Of a stretch of DNA of 64,000 bases, positions 49,742-58,446 are shown in pieces (the first letter of the stretch is position 1; each line of letters begins with the position of its first letter). The stretch is from an uncultured Candidatus Binatia bacterium (GTDB taxonomy: Bacteria; Desulfobacterota; Binatia; Bin18): NCBI GenBank assembly GCA_965200965.1, contig OZ241744.1, forward strand, positions 192,001 through 256,000, given 5' to 3'. A model generated the notes under the pieces. It searched no databases. It was not told where the DNA came from and saw nothing but the letters and a program-made list of their open reading frames with translations. A program made the translations under genes and the position numbers.

Positions 49742-50379
49742 CTACAGGTTCAGGAGTTGCTTCTTTTTGGCCTGAAACTCCTCTTCGCTGATGATCCCGC
49801 GGGTCCGCAATGAGGCAAGTTTCTCCAGCTCGTCCAGTGCTGATACTGGAGTTGCTACGAGTAGGGCTGACGGCGGGCTGTGCTCAGGCTGCGTCACAGG
49901 TTGGTCCTTCTGGTGGTCCTTCAGAGAGGGGGTGTCTGGGATAGTTTAGGTTCTTCGGAAGCCGCCGCCGGAATGGGTGCGGGTGCTGGAGCAGAGTCAA
50001 GGGCGCGAGGTCCCTCCTCTGAAAGTAAACCTGTTGGTCCAGTTTCGATAACAGTCTCGTCTTTCAAGAAGAAACCCAGCAAGCGCGCCCCTGCCGCCCC
50101 GATACTCCCAAGGACGAGGAGGGCTGCAACGCTCAGGTCTGGACTATCGATTGCCACGACTAATATCAGAGCGATCCAGGAAAAAGCGAAGTACCGCGTT
50201 ATATTCCAGCTTCGTCCGCCTCTACGCTCCTCGCCCGTTTTCAAATTACGGACAGACAAGTATACTGGAACCACAGCAACCGCGAGCAAGAATGATCCCA
50301 GCCCCATGCGTTGTTTTTCCGTGCATACACGTCCCAGCCTATCCATAGTCGCAATAAGGAGTGCAATAATCAAAGGCAT
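49742..50379 (-). CDS. Membrane protein with a C-terminal SHOCT domain, -1 frameshift at G5 (49928-49932)
   Basis: ORF 49921..50379 has several TMs. The next frame reads ...ALDELEKLASLRTRGIISEEEFQAKKKQLLNL* (SHOCT). One extra base joins them. Confidence 0.75.
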
Positions 50380-50404
50380 ACTCTGCTCCTTCCATGTGAG
50401 AGCA

Positions 50405-51867
50405 CTAATCTCGCCCCAGTACCTGTTGAACTGCCAATCCTCTGGCTGTGGCGGTGTCCCAGAGGTGTTTTTGAGTTATAGCAATTTCTTTTGCCTTTGC
50501 CGCGGCGGCGGTTGCCTGCTCGGCCACGAATTGACTGATCTGGACGACACTGACGCTCTTCGTCGCCCTGTTGGCGAGAACGCCAACGGTGAGGCCGACT
50601 AATACGCCTGCGCCTGCTGGACCCCCAGCGGTTCCGACGAGTGCAACTGCCCCCAGAGTTGCCCCGGAGACAAGAGCGCCTTTGAGGTGACCGTCAACAA
50701 ACTCTGCATACTCGCCCATCTGATGGGCTTTGTGAAAGGCTTTGGCCAAGCCCACGATGGTCACGACTATCAGCAGCGGGTTCCCGCTGATGGTGGCGGA
50801 TATTCCCATGCTGCCGACGAGTCTGGAAAAGGATTCAGTATCAGCCCGATTCCAGTTGAGAGCCAGGGAGACGATACCGATTGTGCTGCCCAGCAGTTCG
50901 GCGGCATCGTAGGTATTCAGATCGGAAAACCAGCCTTTGGGGATATGGAAAGTCGAGTTCAGGCTTTCGGCTACTTGATCGAAGGTTGACTTGTCCCAAG
51001 TCGCCAGCGGGAGTCCCCTGGGAGTAGTCCCGTCTCTGAGGAGACCCTGAATAGTTCCCCAGGCTTCCTGTATGATGCTGTCATCGGATGAGGCCCCTCG
51101 GGCGGCGTTGAAGGCCCCGGCAATGGTATGCCCTCCGTCGAACAGCCTGTGGTTGCCGCCGCCTAGGTGCGTTCCTGCGTACCCAGCGTCCATTGCCTTG
51201 TCATAAATGGTTGCGCCCCCTTTGGCCATATTCTGTAGCAAATCATTCAGGTCTTTGGACAGGCTGCTGGCTAACAGCCCTTGGGTAGTCTCCAGCAATG
51301 CATCGGCAACGGAGCTGTTGCATCCCGGAGTTTCTTGGAATTCGTCCTCAGGTGTTCCGCCACGGCACCCGTTGCCTGTGACGCCTTTTGAGAAGCATCC
51401 TGAACGGAACCGGTGACTGAGGACGCGGCGTCTGCAATTTTCCTGGAGCCGATTTGCACTCGTTCCGAGGCCGTATCCGATACCTTTTTGGAAGTGTCAC
51501 GGGCAGAATCCGCAACCGAAGAAGCGAGACCTCGCATTTTCCCAAGGCCGGCCGAACCTGTGGCAATAGCCGACGAGGCGGTATCCACGCTTTTTTTGGA
51601 AGTGTCCTTTACCTTGCCAGCCCATTGCGTAATTTTGCCGAACCTGTTGTTTTTGCCAGCCTCTTGGGGCGGGATTTCACACTGCATTGTTTTCGCCTGA
51701 TATTCGTCAGGCACACCATCCAGAACCATCGCCAGGTAAGTGTCGGTGATGTTTTCTTCCAACTCTTCCAGCGTCTTGCCCCGGGCCGTAATCTCAGGAT
51801 GTTCAAGGAGCTTGCCGAACCAGCATATTTCCGACTGCCAATAGATCAGGGTAAACTGCATTTTCAT
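50405..51867 (-). CDS. HicB-like N-terminus fused to helical repeats and a hydrophobic C-terminal domain; -1 frameshift near 51313
   Basis: FTLIYWQSE..WFGKLLEHPEITARGKTLEELEENI is HicB/UPF0150-like. ORFs 51271..51867 and 50405..51298 join as DATA-SVADALLETTQG with one extra base. Confidence 0.65.
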
Positions 51868-51909
51868 GTCTGCTCTCTCGTCACGCTTGGCCGGAGCAGG
51901 ATATCGGTG

Positions 51910-51963
51910 GGCGGTGCTCCTCTGTGTCTGGCTGTCCTGGCAGATGGGGTGCGTGGGGGGAAG
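51910..51963. repeat. 54-bp direct repeat, copy 2
   Basis: ggcggtgctcctctgtgtctggctgtcctggcagatggggtgcgtggggggaag. Confidence 0.93.
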
Positions 51964-51979
51964 CCGGCGGCTTGAGGGA

Positions 51980-52672
51980 TTACTCGGCCTCAAGCGGCGT
52001 CAGTTCGTCCGCGGCCGGCGGGCGGGTCGTCCACAGCCGGCCGGATTCGAGCGCAAACCACCAGCCGTGCAGGCTCAGTGTGCCGCCGGCGATGCGGTCG
52101 CTGATCCAGGGATAGGTGCGGAGGTTGTGAAGAGAGTGCAGGACGGCTTGGCGCTCAACCAGTGGGGCGTAGGCCGGCAGCCCCTCTGCGCTGACGTTTT
52201 TTGCGGGGTCGGCGGCCAGCCGTCTTAGCACCTGCTCGCAGACATCGCCGGCCAGGCTGAGCCACGCGCCGACGCATTCCAGTGCGGGCGCTCTGCCGGC
52301 GGCAGTGTCAATCAGGGCGCGGATGCCGCCGCAGTGGGAGTGGCCGAGCACGACGATGTGCGAGACCTTGAGGACTTTTACACCGTATTCGAGGGCCGCG
52401 CGCACGCCCTGGCCCAGGCTGTCGCCCGGGTCATAGGCCGGTGCCAGGTTGGCGATATGGCGCACGACAAACAGCTCGCCGGGCTGTGCGCCACACAGCA
52501 GGGCCGGGTCAACGCGCGAGTCGCTGCACCCGATCATCAGCACCTGGGGCTGCTGGCCGGCGGCCAAACGGGGCATGGGGCCGCCGGCCCCGTATTCGTT
52601 CTTACGAAAGGCCAGTGCTCCGGCCACGAGGTCGGCCAGTGGGCCGGGGAAGGGGGGGGTGTCTGAAGTCAT
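51980..52672 (-). CDS. Beta-class carbonic anhydrase
   Basis: GCSDSRV, GELFVVR.IAN and GHSHCGG zinc ligands. Confidence 0.94.
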   Translation of the reverse strand: MTSDTPPFPGPLADLVAGALAFRKNEYGAGGPMPRLAAGQQPQVLMIGCSDSRVDPALLCGAQPGELFVVRHIANLAPAYDPGDSLGQGVRAALEYGVKVLKVSHIVVLGHSHCGGIRALIDTAAGRAPALECVGAWLSLAGDVCEQVLRRLAADPAKNVSAEGLPAYAPLVERQAVLHSLHNLRTYPWISDRIAGGTLSLHGWWFALESGRLWTTRPPAADELTPLEAE

Positions 52673-52732
52673 GCAGAACTCGTAGTGCCTGGTTGTCCAG
52701 GGATTGTTGGCGTCAGAGCGGGGGAGGGGGGG

Positions 52733-52842
52733 GGTACCAGCGCTTCTTTCTCTCCTTGCGCCACTGCCAGAGCGGATGTCCGCGCCTCCACTCGGACACG
52801 CCAAGGTACCAGCGCTTCTTTCTCTCCTTGCGCCACTGCCAG
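52733..52842. repeat. Two identical 38-bp direct repeats separated by 34 bp
   Basis: GGTACCAGCGCTTCTTTCTCTCCTTGCGCCACTGCCAG at 52733-52770 and 52805-52842. Confidence 0.93.
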
Positions 52843-52862
52843 GGAGCCTGCAATTGTCCCCA

Positions 52863-54935
52863 TCACGCCTGCGGCCGAATCAAGATGTTGGCGTAGCGAT
52901 CAAACGCAGCCGTGAAGTGGGGCAGGACGACGGTGGTGGAGTCCATTTCGGTGACAATGGCCGGGCCGGTGATCCGGTTGCCGGGCTTGAGCTTGGCCCG
53001 ATCGTAGATCGGGGTGGGCAGAAAATCGTCGTCAAAATAAGTCCGCTGCTCGTCGGTCTGGGCGTGGGCCGCGTCCGGGCCGTCAATGGCCGCGGCGCTC
53101 AGGCTGAGGCGTGCCCCTTTGCCTAGGGCCACGGCCCGCAGGTTGACGATTTCGCAGGCCACGTCCAGCCGGAAGCGGTACAACTGTTCGTGCAGGGCGT
53201 GGAAGCGGTCGGCCAATATCCCGGTCCCGTGGGCGTGCAGGTCTTCGATCGTCATGGCAATTGGCAGCTCATAGCCCTGGCGGAAATAGCGCATGTCGGC
53301 GTTATAGAAGATGTCCTGCTGGGAGCGGGGGATGCCCTCACGCTCAAGCCAGCCGGCGGCCTCGTCGCCGAGTTCCTGGAGCATCTGTTCGACCTCGGTC
53401 GCCGGCAGTTGCTCCAGAGTCCGCAGCACGGTCCGGGCGAACTCTTCACGGTAGTCGGAGCACACGTCGCCGGTGGCGCACAACACCCCGGGTGCCGGCG
53501 GGATGATGACCGGGAAGGTGCCGATCAGGCTGGCCACGGCGTTAGCGTGTAGCGGGCCGGCCCCGCCAAACGCCACCAGGGCAAAATCGCGCGGGTCATA
53601 CCCGCGCTGGACCGAGACCAGCCGCAGCGCGCCGTGCATGTTCTCGTTGACAATATCTATAATGCCCTGGGCAGCTTGGTAGACATCCAGGCCGAGGCTG
53701 CGGCCCACGGTCTCGACCGCGGCCCGGGCCGCAGCTTCGTCCAGGCGCATTTCACCGCCCAGCAGTTGCGGCGGCAGATGGCCGAGCACGACATTGGCGT
53801 CGGTCACGGTTGGCTGGCTTCCGCCCCGGCCGTAGCAGGCCGGGCCCGGGTCGGCCCCGGCGCTCTGTGGGCCGACCCGCAGGGCTTGGGTAATCTCCGG
53901 CACATGGGCAATTGAGCCGCCGCCGGCCCCAATGCTGCGCACATCAACCGAGGGAACTTTGATCGGAAAATAGCCCAGGGTAGTCTCGCGGGCGATGGTC
54001 TGCGTCCCGTCCTGGCACAGGGCCACATCGGTTGAGGTGCCGCCCATGTCCAGGGTCAGGATATTGTCAAAGCCGGCCGTGGTGGCGGTGAACAGCGCCC
54101 CGGCAACCCCGCCGGCCGGACCGGACATGACAGCGTAGACCGGGCGTTCCTGGGCCATGCGCAGGGTCATCAGGCCGGCGTCAGAGCGCAGGATATTGAC
54201 CTCGGCGCGCAGGCCGTGGTCGTTCAACTGCTGGGCGAAGTTCCGCAGGTAGACCGCGACGCTGGGCCGGACATACGAGTTCATCACCGCGGTCAGCGCT
54301 CGCTCATACTCCCGGAACTCGGGCAGGACCTCAGACGAAGCGGTGACCGGCAGCTCGGGGAACATCTCCTGGGCAATGGTCTTGATCCGCTGCTCATGGG
54401 TCTGATTGGTGTAGGAGTTAATCAGCGAGACGGTCAGGGCCTCAATACCCTGGCCGACCAACTTGCGCAGCGTGTCGCGTAAGGCCGCCTCATCCAGCGC
54501 GGTGACGATGTGGCCGCGGGTATCGATCCGCTCCCTGGCCTCACGGGTGTATTCAATCGCCGCCGGCGGCTCGGGCTTCTGCATGATGATCCAGCCGGCC
54601 AGCGGGCCGGGCGTCCACGAGCGGGCCAAGTGCAGAATCTGGCGGAAGCCCTCGGTCGTAATCAGGCCGACCCGGGCACCCTTGCCCTCCAGGACCGCGT
54701 TGGTCGCTACCGTCGTACCATGCATGATGTGGCTGATCTGGGCCGCGGAGATATCGGCCGCTCGACACACCTTGTCAATCCCGGCCAGCACCCCGGCCGA
54801 CGGATCCGTCGGGGTTGACGGGGTCTTGGCCCGTACTTGGCGGCCGGTGTAGTGGTCAAAAAGCAGCAGGTCGGTGAAGGTGCCGCCAACATCAACGCCG
54901 AGGGTCACAGGCATGGGAGAATCCGGAAAGCGCAA
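52863..54935 (-). CDS. hyuA: Hydantoinase A/oxoprolinase family subunit
   Basis: GVDVGGTFTD, HGTTVATNA, DMGGTSTD, GPQSAGADPGPACY and FGGAGPLH motifs; start may be ATG 54914. Confidence 0.94.
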   Translation of the reverse strand: MRFPDSPMPVTLGVDVGGTFTDLLLFDHYTGRQVRAKTPSTPTDPSAGVLAGIDKVCRAADISAAQISHIMHGTTVATNAVLEGKGARVGLITTEGFRQILHLARSWTPGPLAGWIIMQKPEPPAAIEYTREARERIDTRGHIVTALDEAALRDTLRKLVGQGIEALTVSLINSYTNQTHEQRIKTIAQEMFPELPVTASSEVLPEFREYERALTAVMNSYVRPSVAVYLRNFAQQLNDHGLRAEVNILRSDAGLMTLRMAQERPVYAVMSGPAGGVAGALFTATTAGFDNILTLDMGGTSTDVALCQDGTQTIARETTLGYFPIKVPSVDVRSIGAGGGSIAHVPEITQALRVGPQSAGADPGPACYGRGGSQPTVTDANVVLGHLPPQLLGGEMRLDEAAARAAVETVGRSLGLDVYQAAQGIIDIVNENMHGALRLVSVQRGYDPRDFALVAFGGAGPLHANAVASLIGTFPVIIPPAPGVLCATGDVCSDYREEFARTVLRTLEQLPATEVEQMLQELGDEAAGWLEREGIPRSQQDIFYNADMRYFRQGYELPIAMTIEDLHAHGTGILADRFHALHEQLYRFRLDVACEIVNLRAVALGKGARLSLSAAAIDGPDAAHAQTDEQRTYFDDDFLPTPIYDRAKLKPGNRITGPAIVTEMDSTTVVLPHFTAAFDRYANILIRPQA

Positions 54936-55117
54936 AACTGGTCTGGCATCGCATTCCCTTGCGTCGCACCAGACATGCGCTTATAGCCTGTCCGGCCGGG
55001 AAGAACAATGCGGAGGAGGCCGCGACAGAGTGCCCCTGATGACGGAAGGGCGGGCATGTGCTAGCCAGACAGGGCGAGCTGTGCGCCACCCCTATCTTGC
55101 TCAGAGGAGGACAGCGT

Positions 55118-56332
55118 ATGAAATTCAATCTGTTCCTGCTGCCGACTATCCCGGCCACATTTGAAGAGCGTGAGAAACTCCGGCCGATCGGGCGCAATAA
55201 CGACAAATATCAGGACCTCCTCAAAGAGGTCCGGGATATTGCCCGGATGGCCGAAGACCTGGGCTTTGACGCACTGTCCACCACCGAGCACCATTTTCAC
55301 TCAGAGGGCTATGAAGCCTCAATTGCCCCGCTGCTGCTGTACACTGACTTGGCCGCCCGGACCGAGCGCATCAAGTTTGCCTCGCTGGGACTTGTCCTGC
55401 CGACCTGGGACCCGATTCGGGTGGCCGAAGAGATTGCGGTCCTGGATCACCTGACCAAGGGCCGCTTTGTGGCCGGTTTTGCCCGGGGCTATCAGGACCG
55501 CTGGACGAATGTGCTCGGCCAGCACTATCACGTCACTGGCGCGCCGATGGATGGCTCGGAGGTTGATGCCCACAACAGAGCGGTCTTTGAAGAGGTCTTC
55601 AAGATCATGAAGATGGCCTGGACCCAGGAGTCGATCCGCTTCAAGACCAAGTATTACGAGGTCCCGGCCCCCTACGAACACGGCATCCAGCGTTGGCCAG
55701 TAGCCAAAAACTGGACCGCCAAATATGGGGCTGAGGGCGAGGTGGATGAGCATGGGGTGGTGCAGCGCATCTGTGTTGTGCCCAAGCCCTACACCCAGCC
55801 CCACCCGCCGATCTGGCAGCCCTTCTCGGTCAGCGAAAAAACGATCCGCTGGTGCGCGGCCGAGCATATCGTGCCCTGGATTCTGATTGCCCACCCGCCG
55901 TCGTTCCGCGATCTGTGCGAAGCCTACCGCGACGAAGCGGCCAAGGCCGGCCGTCAACTGGCCCTCGGCGAGAGCGTAGGGGCTTTCCGCTCGGTCCATC
56001 TCGGCGATTCCTACACCGAGGCCTACTCTTTGGGCGCGGCCTGTCAGGGGGCCGGCTTTATTGAGTATTTCTCCGGGTTCGGTTTCTTTGAAGCCTACCG
56101 CTTCCCCGGCGAGACGACCCCGGTGCCCACCACCTTTGAGCGCATGGTTGAGTCCAAGTACGCTCTGGTCGGCACGGTAGACACCGTCAAGCGTGAGCTT
56201 GAGGCCCTGTACAAGAACAGCAAGGTGGAGTGGTTCGGCTGGTTCTTTGACCAGGGCCTGATGCCCTGGGACGAGACCAAGCGTCAGTTGGAGATTTTCG
56301 GCAAGGAGATTCTGCCCGAGTTCAGGGACTAA
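55118..56332 (+). CDS. LLM-class (luciferase-like) flavin/F420-dependent oxidoreductase
   Basis: AEDLGFD....EHHFH, DPIRVAEE.AVLDHL..GR and PKP.TQPHPPIW motifs; GAGGAGG RBS. Confidence 0.92.
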   Translation: MKFNLFLLPTIPATFEEREKLRPIGRNNDKYQDLLKEVRDIARMAEDLGFDALSTTEHHFHSEGYEASIAPLLLYTDLAARTERIKFASLGLVLPTWDPIRVAEEIAVLDHLTKGRFVAGFARGYQDRWTNVLGQHYHVTGAPMDGSEVDAHNRAVFEEVFKIMKMAWTQESIRFKTKYYEVPAPYEHGIQRWPVAKNWTAKYGAEGEVDEHGVVQRICVVPKPYTQPHPPIWQPFSVSEKTIRWCAAEHIVPWILIAHPPSFRDLCEAYRDEAAKAGRQLALGESVGAFRSVHLGDSYTEAYSLGAACQGAGFIEYFSGFGFFEAYRFPGETTPVPTTFERMVESKYALVGTVDTVKRELEALYKNSKVEWFGWFFDQGLMPWDETKRQLEIFGKEILPEFRD

Positions 56333-56371
56333 GATCAGTTGGTCAGGCTTCCTGTCCCAGCAGGCAGAGGG

Positions 56372-57313
56372 CTAACGCCGCGTAATTTTAGGACCGACAT
56401 ATACAACATACAGTGGTCCGTCCGCAGTGACGGGCCACGAAAAATGAATGCGGAGCGGGGGACGACGGGAATTGACCTTCCCGTGCCAAGGGCAGAACAA
56501 AGACTTAAATGTCAGTTCTCTTCGGAAATCATTCTTCTCGGTTTCCGATGAATCAGAAAACCACGCTCTTTCTCCGGTGAAGTATTCTTCGTAGAGCCTA
56601 TGTCCTTCACTGGTGCGATTCCCCTCTGCATCAAAGCACATCTTGAGATGGTCTAGCGTCTGGAGACGGTCGAGTATGTCTTGGGCGGCTTTACGGACGA
56701 AGGGGTGTCCCTGAAGGCGCTCAAAGCAATCTGAGCAAAACACTAGTCTCGTACAGCGAGCCTTTGACACGTCCGCCAACATGGCCCACGACGTGATTGG
56801 AGCGGGGGCGGCATATAAGGCGGCTTCCAGTGCATCGGCGTCCCGATAGTTGGCGACTTTGACCGTCTCCGCTTCTTCGTCGCTCCTCCACCATTTCACC
56901 ACGGCAGGGGAGAAGTCCCACGAAGACGGAATCAGACTCACCAGACTGGTTTTGATCCCGTCCAGGCAGCGATATGCCGCCTCTCCGACAGCGGTGTCAG
57001 TAACGACTGTTCCGTTGCATTCGAGGTATTGATCGGGGCTATGCCTCAGCTGGTCATCGTCCCAGAACGGCCCGCGGCGGGTCCACCACGACATCACGGA
57101 GCGTTGTTCATCTCTGGTCAAGTGCTGAATCGCCCGCGACAGCGGCATTTCTGGGGCTACCTGAACGGTCGAGAGCGTTCTGTGACAATAGAGTTCGCTC
57201 CCATACCGTTGCGCCGTTTTGCGGATAACCATAACCCGTTTAAGCGCAGTGCAGAACTCGTCAAGATCGTGAAACTGTCCGTGGATTGACAGATCGTTGA
57301 CCAGGAGTTCCAC
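56372..57313 (-). CDS. Menshen-like effector (NsnC-type) with a C-terminal RelE-like motif
   Basis: TAGTG overlap with the ATPase gene; C-terminal CPWHGK...RIHF...YVVYVGPK; third gene of a DUF262-ATPase operon. Confidence 0.65.
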   Translation of the reverse strand: MELLVNDLSIHGQFHDLDEFCTALKRVMVIRKTAQRYGSELYCHRTLSTVQVAPEMPLSRAIQHLTRDEQRSVMSWWTRRGPFWDDDQLRHSPDQYLECNGTVVTDTAVGEAAYRCLDGIKTSLVSLIPSSWDFSPAVVKWWRSDEEAETVKVANYRDADALEAALYAAPAPITSWAMLADVSKARCTRLVFCSDCFERLQGHPFVRKAAQDILDRLQTLDHLKMCFDAEGNRTSEGHRLYEEYFTGERAWFSDSSETEKNDFRRELTFKSLFCPWHGKVNSRRPPLRIHFSWPVTADGPLYVVYVGPKITRR

Positions 57314-58446
57314 TATGAATCCCACCCCGCGAAGTAGGTCATATCCTTGTCGAACTGATCGAAGAACCCCTGCGGCCAAGGGTCAATGTTGCCTGTTCTA
57401 TCCAGGAAGGGGCTCACCACTTGCGGGCCATCGTCTTCCCGCGATTGAAAGAAATGAATCGAAACCTGCTCGGCTGGCAACCGGCCCGCTTTGACCGCAC
57501 GCCGAATGCCGTTCAGTATATGGTCGCTGTGGGTTTCCAGAATGACTTGGACCCCCGCTTGGGCGACATCTGCCAAAAACTGTCCCATTAGTGCTTGTCC
57601 GGCAGGATGGAGATGGACCTCCGGGTTTTCGATCAGCAGGATGCCCTCGCGGTTTATCGACAGAGCCGCAACTACGATAGGCAAAACCTGGGTAAGCCCG
57701 AATCCTGTATGGGCAGGACGGTGGAAGTCGGTCTCGTTGGAAGTGCGAATCCCCAGTGTAACAGCGTTCGCGTGAGGGACGGGAGTGAGCTCCAGGCGAC
57801 ATCCGGGGAAGAACATCTGCATCCGCGCCTCCACTTGTCGAAGCAGTCCTCTGTTCGGAACATCCGGTAATGCAAGCGTTTCGCAGATGTGTTCGTCGCG
57901 TTTGGAATACAAGACGCTTACCGCCCGTTCTCCAGACGCTCCCACCACCGGCGTAACCCGCAAATCGTCCATTTTGTACACCTCCCGTGGGCCAAGCCTC
58001 TCCGCTGTGAGATAGGTCAGATTTCTCAGACGCTCGGCTAGAGAAGGTGGCGTATCGGACGGAAGCAGGTAATGAAGCTGTGTCGGAGCATCTGTTTTCT
58101 GGCTGGCCGTGACTACGCGCTTGACGGCCATAGACATTTCTGAACGCTCGCCCATGAAGAGCCATTGATAGGGGGTCTCTCCGTCCACTAAGCCGATCTC
58201 GCAACTCTGCCGACCGTGTACTTGGTCCACGATATCGGATACGGCACCGAGTTGAACGGCCTCGCCGTTAAGGATGAGGCGTAGTGACCATTCGCGGTCA
58301 CGCATTGTCTGGTGCAGCAAGACAACAGCCTGAAGTACCGAAGATTTTCCCGAGGCGTTAGTGCCTGACAACAAGGTCAACGGAGACAAGGGAAGATGAA
58401 GCCGTTCGAAACATTTGAAATGTCGCAAGTCAAGCTGGGTAAGCAC
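57313..58446 (-). CDS. ABC/SMC-type AAA ATPase with DUF3696 C-terminus (Menshen NsnB-like)
   Basis: FKCF, GTNASGKSS, GFGLTQVLP, IENPEVHLHP, ETHSDH and WPQGFFDQ motifs. Confidence 0.88.
   Translation of the reverse strand: MLTQLDLRHFKCFERLHLPLSPLTLLSGTNASGKSSVLQAVVLLHQTMRDREWSLRLILNGEAVQLGAVSDIVDQVHGRQSCEIGLVDGETPYQWLFMGERSEMSMAVKRVVTASQKTDAPTQLHYLLPSDTPPSLAERLRNLTYLTAERLGPREVYKMDDLRVTPVVGASGERAVSVLYSKRDEHICETLALPDVPNRGLLRQVEARMQMFFPGCRLELTPVPHANAVTLGIRTSNETDFHRPAHTGFGLTQVLPIVVAALSINREGILLIENPEVHLHPAGQALMGQFLADVAQAGVQVILETHSDHILNGIRRAVKAGRLPAEQVSIHFFQSREDDGPQVVSPFLDRTGNIDPWPQGFFDQFDKDMTYFAGWDS

Larger units (their letters stand above)
49128..51909. mobile_element. ~2.8-kb inserted segment bounded by direct repeats; no mobility gene
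   Basis: Flanking 54-bp repeats, visibly less GC-rich, and interrupts the hyuA-CA-hyuB cluster. Confidence 0.6.

Noticed and set aside
49128-51909. Integron cassette array
   Set aside because: No intI and no recognisable attC (RYYYAAC...GTTRRRY) sites between the genes.
52652-52659. G8 tract at the start of the carbonic anhydrase as a phase switch
   Set aside because: The gene is in frame from ATG 52672 and the tract is short; no evidence of switching.
52733-52842. Formal CRISPR array call
   Set aside because: Only two repeats, no cas genes or AT-rich leader, and an atypical repeat end. Kept as a repeat and as a finding.
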